NCBI GenBank assembly: GCA_964036045.1
Contig: OZ038378.1
Coordinates: 198,834,001-198,898,000, forward strand
Reading direction: 5' to 3'
Origin: Eutreptiella sp. 'Long Island Sound 2002'
Lineage: Eukaryota; Protista; Euglenida
Length of the DNA: 64,000 nucleotides
This document shows, piece by piece, positions 59,871-64,000 of this stretch. Numbering within the stretch: position 1 is the first letter of the stretch; each line of letters begins with the position of its first letter. Position numbers and translations under genes: made by a program. The notes under the pieces are model-generated. The model saw nothing but the letters and a program-made list of their open reading frames with translations, ran no database searches and had not been told where the DNA came from.

Positions 59871-62800
59871 TGACGCCGTATTTAGCCATTGCCGGGCCAA
59901 GGTCATCACGTGGGCTAGGTGCGCACCCAATTCTGCTCGAAAACCAGGCGCCAAGCTGCGCAGTGCATCAGGCGACCGTGTTGTGTGCCGCAGTGTGTCT
60001 GAGGAGAGCGTGCACTAGATCCTTGGCTTCTCCTAGGGGGGGGGGGGACCCCTGCCAACGGGTGTCACCCTAGAGCCACTGGAGCCAAGTCTGGCATTGC
60101 TGGGCCTGCATGGGGCGGCCATGTAATCCAATGCACTCCTGGGTGCGTGGGGTAAGATCTTGGAGTTGCTATCCACTTCTATTCTAGGGTTAGGGCCTTA
60201 GTGCCGACCAGGGAGATGCCGGACAGGGATGTGGGAGTGAAGAGGGGTAGAGGGAGGGAGGTGGCCCGTTTGGCGAGCCAGCCGACTTCATTGTTTAGTT
60301 GAATGTCGACTCGCTGCTGGGGATTGCATGCATAAGATAACCGGTGGTGGCCCAGGATCCAACACACACCAAGCTTTCTGGTGGATCACGTGTACGGCCA
60401 TCTCATGAAAGTTGAATGTTCGACGCTTCGGGCGCTTTGGGGTGTGTGTGCACATCTCCGAATGGTGCATCCCTCAATCGTTTGTTGGTGTTACCGGCAG
60501 CTTGGCTGGTGTGCCTAAGGGCTACGGGCATGCCGCCACTCGCCATGGTGGATGAAGGCGAGGAGGCGCAGGCAGAGGAGTCGCCATACCGGCGCTATGG
60601 TATGTATCTCGCCATATTGTCTGCCCGCCGCGCGGTGGAGGAAGTGACTTAGCTGGGCGGAGATGCAGCCTCCACAGTGTTTGGCTCGGCGCAGGGGCGG
60701 GGCCCGGATTTGTGCCAGGGGGACGGGTGGGGACCACAACTGGCGGACGGCCCGCTGCGTCACATCCCGGCGAGGGACCCCCTGCAGCTACTCACTGATG
60801 GGATTTGGCGCCGTTTTGGGGGGGGTGTAGTGCACACACCCTGGTAGATGAGATCCAATGCTTATTTGCCCATTCTCTGCTTACCAAAATACCTAGGAGA
60901 TGGGCATTACTCCCAGGTTTCCTCGGCACACTATGCTCGGTAAATGAAGATGACAAAAAAGTCCAGCTTTGGCAAGGCCCCCCGCAGGGCCCTCTGGCAG
61001 GGTGGCCGTGGGAGCATGGCTTTGGGGAGGCCCTGGTTCACTCGGCCCCGACCCTCTAGTTGATACCAGGCTCCGGGTAGGTCACTTATGCCGAGCTGGA
61101 CTTGAACTTTGAGTCCCATGGCAACCGGGCGCTCCTAGCCAGGCCGGGCCATCGCCATGCCCAACAGGTGCTGTCGCTGAGGGAGCACGCGCGCGTGCTC
61201 AGGAGGCGGTTGACTTGATACAGTCCCTGCTCCGGCGGCACCCTACTCGAGGGCGGTTTCTGGTGGATCCGCGCCTGTTTGGTGCCCCTTGGGGGCTTTC
61301 GCGGCATGGGGTGCACAGAGCAGCCGGTGTTTGCATGCCAGTGGCAACAGCACTGCTTGGAGCTCTGGATGCGCCAATTGGGGACCCATGGGGCCGGCCG
61401 CAAGGACTACTTCCTGGCGAGGTACTTACCGCACAGCTTCGGGGGGGGGAGGTACGAGATTGTGCGGTGGAGCGCCTGTGGGTGGTTGATGCGGTGGGGA
61501 CGCACCATCCACCAGCGGAAGACAGCCAACCGGCGCTATGCCGCAAATGACCCACCCATCATGAGCTGCAGTGCGAACAGTGCCGGCGTGCGCAGGGAGT
61601 TGCACACTCCTGCACACACGGCCACGTGGGGCATATAGCGGCAATGGCGGCGGCGGCAGCCTCGTCCAAGATCCTTCGGACGTGGTTGGCATCCCCGGGG
61701 CCGCCGCCAGAGCCACTGGCCAAGCGCTCCTGCGTGGTGCCGGCAATGCTGTGGCGGGCCGCCGCCAGTGGCCAAAGTGCCGCACGCACAACCCGCCGGC
61801 TTGACGCGGCCAGGTACAGAGCACACTGCCCCAAGTCGGGCGCGCGCCCATTGGCGATGACCTCCACCCGCCCCTGCCATAGCTGGCACAGTGGGTGTGG
61901 TTAAGGAGGATGGGGCAACAGTACCCCTATGGCGCCCATGTGCGATGCGCATAGAGCCCCCACGTGCAAGCCGTGCCGGGGGCACAAGCGGAGGGGGCAT
62001 TGCTGCTCTCGGCACCACCAGGGACCCCGTCGGCTGGTGCCAGGGCTTCGCGATAGCGCATGCTTTTCGGGATCGGAGGCGTGTGCGTGCCTTGCCCCCC
62101 CCCCCCCCCCCCCTTGGGGGGGACGATAAGGAGGCTTCACACAGGTCGGGTGCCGCTCCAGCCCCACGAAGCGTTCTGGAAGCCCGAGATGGAGCCATGG
62201 GAGGGCAGTGTGGGCGGAACCCTGACCTTGGTAGCCCCGTTTTTCGATCGTTCCGCAACGCTAGGGGCGGGGGGGGGGGGGCGACACACACACCCTTTGA
62301 CCCATAAACTTTTCGCTAAACCCATTTCACAGCTTTAGGACTTTAATCATCCATTTTCCAATTGTTTATTGACAGCGCGCACACATACACAGGCCATTTT
62401 TTTTTTGCATTGATGTTGCATGCAAGGGGGTGCTAAAGAGCTTCGCAAAGTCTCAATGCCAATTGCATGGCCCTCAAGGGTTGGGGCTGCCGGCTGTCCT
62501 TCGAATGCGCCTTTGTGGGACTGAGTGTGGATATGGATCCTGTTGTTTTCATGTCAAATGCGGTAGAACTGAGTGCAAGTTATACGACTGTTCTAGAAAG
62601 CGATTCACCGCTGGAAAAAGACGTACCAGCGAAGCGGAGTTTCTGCAATTATGTAGTCGCTCAAGTGTGCTGCGGTGCATGCAAATCCATGCGCAACAGC
62701 AGTTTGTGGACAGCTGTGCAACGGAGCATGGGACTGATGCTGTACTGACGGCTAGACACGATGATGGTGCATGGGTAAGGAGCCTAATCCTGGCTGGCTC

Positions 62801-64000
62801 CAAAAGTCGGAGGTCAAGGTGCCTGCTGCATCTGAGGTCCACTTGATGTAGCGTATGCTCTTCCGTTCTCCGTAAGTCACGTTTGCATCTGTGGCGAATG
62901 TTGCATTCAAGCACGCACTGGATGTGAGGGCTGCCATCAGTGCAGATTGCTTCCGCAGATGGTGGGCGCACGAGTCCAAAGATATGGTTAGGTATGTTTC
63001 ACATGCGGGTTAAATGCCGGTGCAATTGCCTACATCTATGCGGATGATCATGTTTCTCAAGGGTGTGGACCGCATGATCCTGTACCGTCGTGCTGCATAT
63101 GGAGAGGGTTTGACAGCAGTGTACGGAGGGGATAAAATGGTAGGTGGTAAATTGTCACCTTTATCAGCAGCCTCCCGGGCTGCGGCTCTTGAGGAGCCAA
63201 TCCCCTACGGCTCCTAGGAAGCCAATTCTTTTGCGCTAGCTCTTCAAGAGCCCGCTCTTAGGGCTCCCGCGTACCTAGGACTTTATAATTTTAGGGGAAG
63301 AGCCGGGGAGGGGACTATACCAGCGATTCATGCATTGTGAAGCAATTATCAATTGGAGCCTTTTTTGCGGCTCCCCGGGAGAATTTTATTGAAAAGCAAC
63401 GCAACCGATCCGAAAAGTTCTTTTTAACTACCAGCATAATGGTCCACTTTTTAAAAGCTATGTTCAAACAAATCGTCAGCCTAAGTTTTTTGTTTTCTAA
63501 TTTTCTGGCATTCCGAGATCTGGGTAGCCGCGGTACAGGGATGCAGTGAATTGAGCAAATGGATACAAGAAAGTGTCCAATAACGTCACAGAAAAGAATC
63601 GCAATACTATCCCCAGATTTCAGATTTTGGTGTTTTGGGAACAGTCTGTTGAGGCCCGGTTTACATGTAGGGGGGTTCGGAGGGGAATTGGACGCGAAAG
63701 GTTTCAAAGAACCCGCCTTCCCGACGCATAGAACATCCACACTCCTACTTTTGTGTCTCCGGTGATCAATACCAAAACCTCGGCGCGAAGGTCGTCTTTG
63801 CTCAGCATGTGGCCTAGGTAATTTGGGCACTCCAAGTTCGCCACATGGTTGGCAACCGTACACAATTCTGCTTGCTCCACTTCATCTTGTAGCTCATCTG
63901 CTTCAAACAAATTCAAAGATTTATGTTACGGTTGCTGAAGAGCGTGTTGGAAAGGCTCCACGGTGTCGGTTTCGTCGCATCTATTCACATACAACCAGAC

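Noticed and set aside
60180-60200. Telomeric TTAGGG
   Set aside because: Only isolated units are present, not an array.
61380-61520. Tyrosine recombinase (DIRS) from PHSFGGG...MRWGR
   Set aside because: There is no convincing upstream catalytic Arg box or downstream Tyr, and the neighbouring sequence looks more like non-LTR debris.
62430-63916. Short ORFs suggesting a transposase or other gene
   Set aside because: I could not recognise any motif, and the frames are broken.

Overview
This is repeat-dense eukaryotic nuclear DNA, most likely from a euglenid (Euglenozoa). The taxon call is an inference from a near-perfect Euglena-type spliced-leader (SL) exon embedded in the DNA at 53471-53497, with a second copy at 50019-50045. 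The only clearly intact gene is an intronless phosphoinositide phospholipase C (PI-PLC, 53503-56316, 937 aa; EF-hand, X, Y and C2 domains). Its ATG lies 5 nt downstream of the SL copy, which is the expected signature of a reverse-transcribed, trans-spliced mRNA re-inserted into the genome as a working retrogene. This is the strongest finding. Just upstream are an apparently exact 3452-bp tandem duplication (46827-53730) and a ~3-kb mosaic of gene fragments: PKS KS/AT pieces, peptide repeats, a ubiquitin-like domain, a BTB-BACK pseudogene and an antisense exon-like insert. The rest of the window holds a 7.4-kb two-unit satellite (47-bp and 94-bp units in alternating blocks), several decayed non-LTR retrotransposons (some with RNase H), three TA-flanked MITE families, foldback repeats, and a few GT-AG exons of a low-complexity protein gene. 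I saw no rRNA, tRNA or CRISPR array. All alignments were done by eye and no database searches were run.
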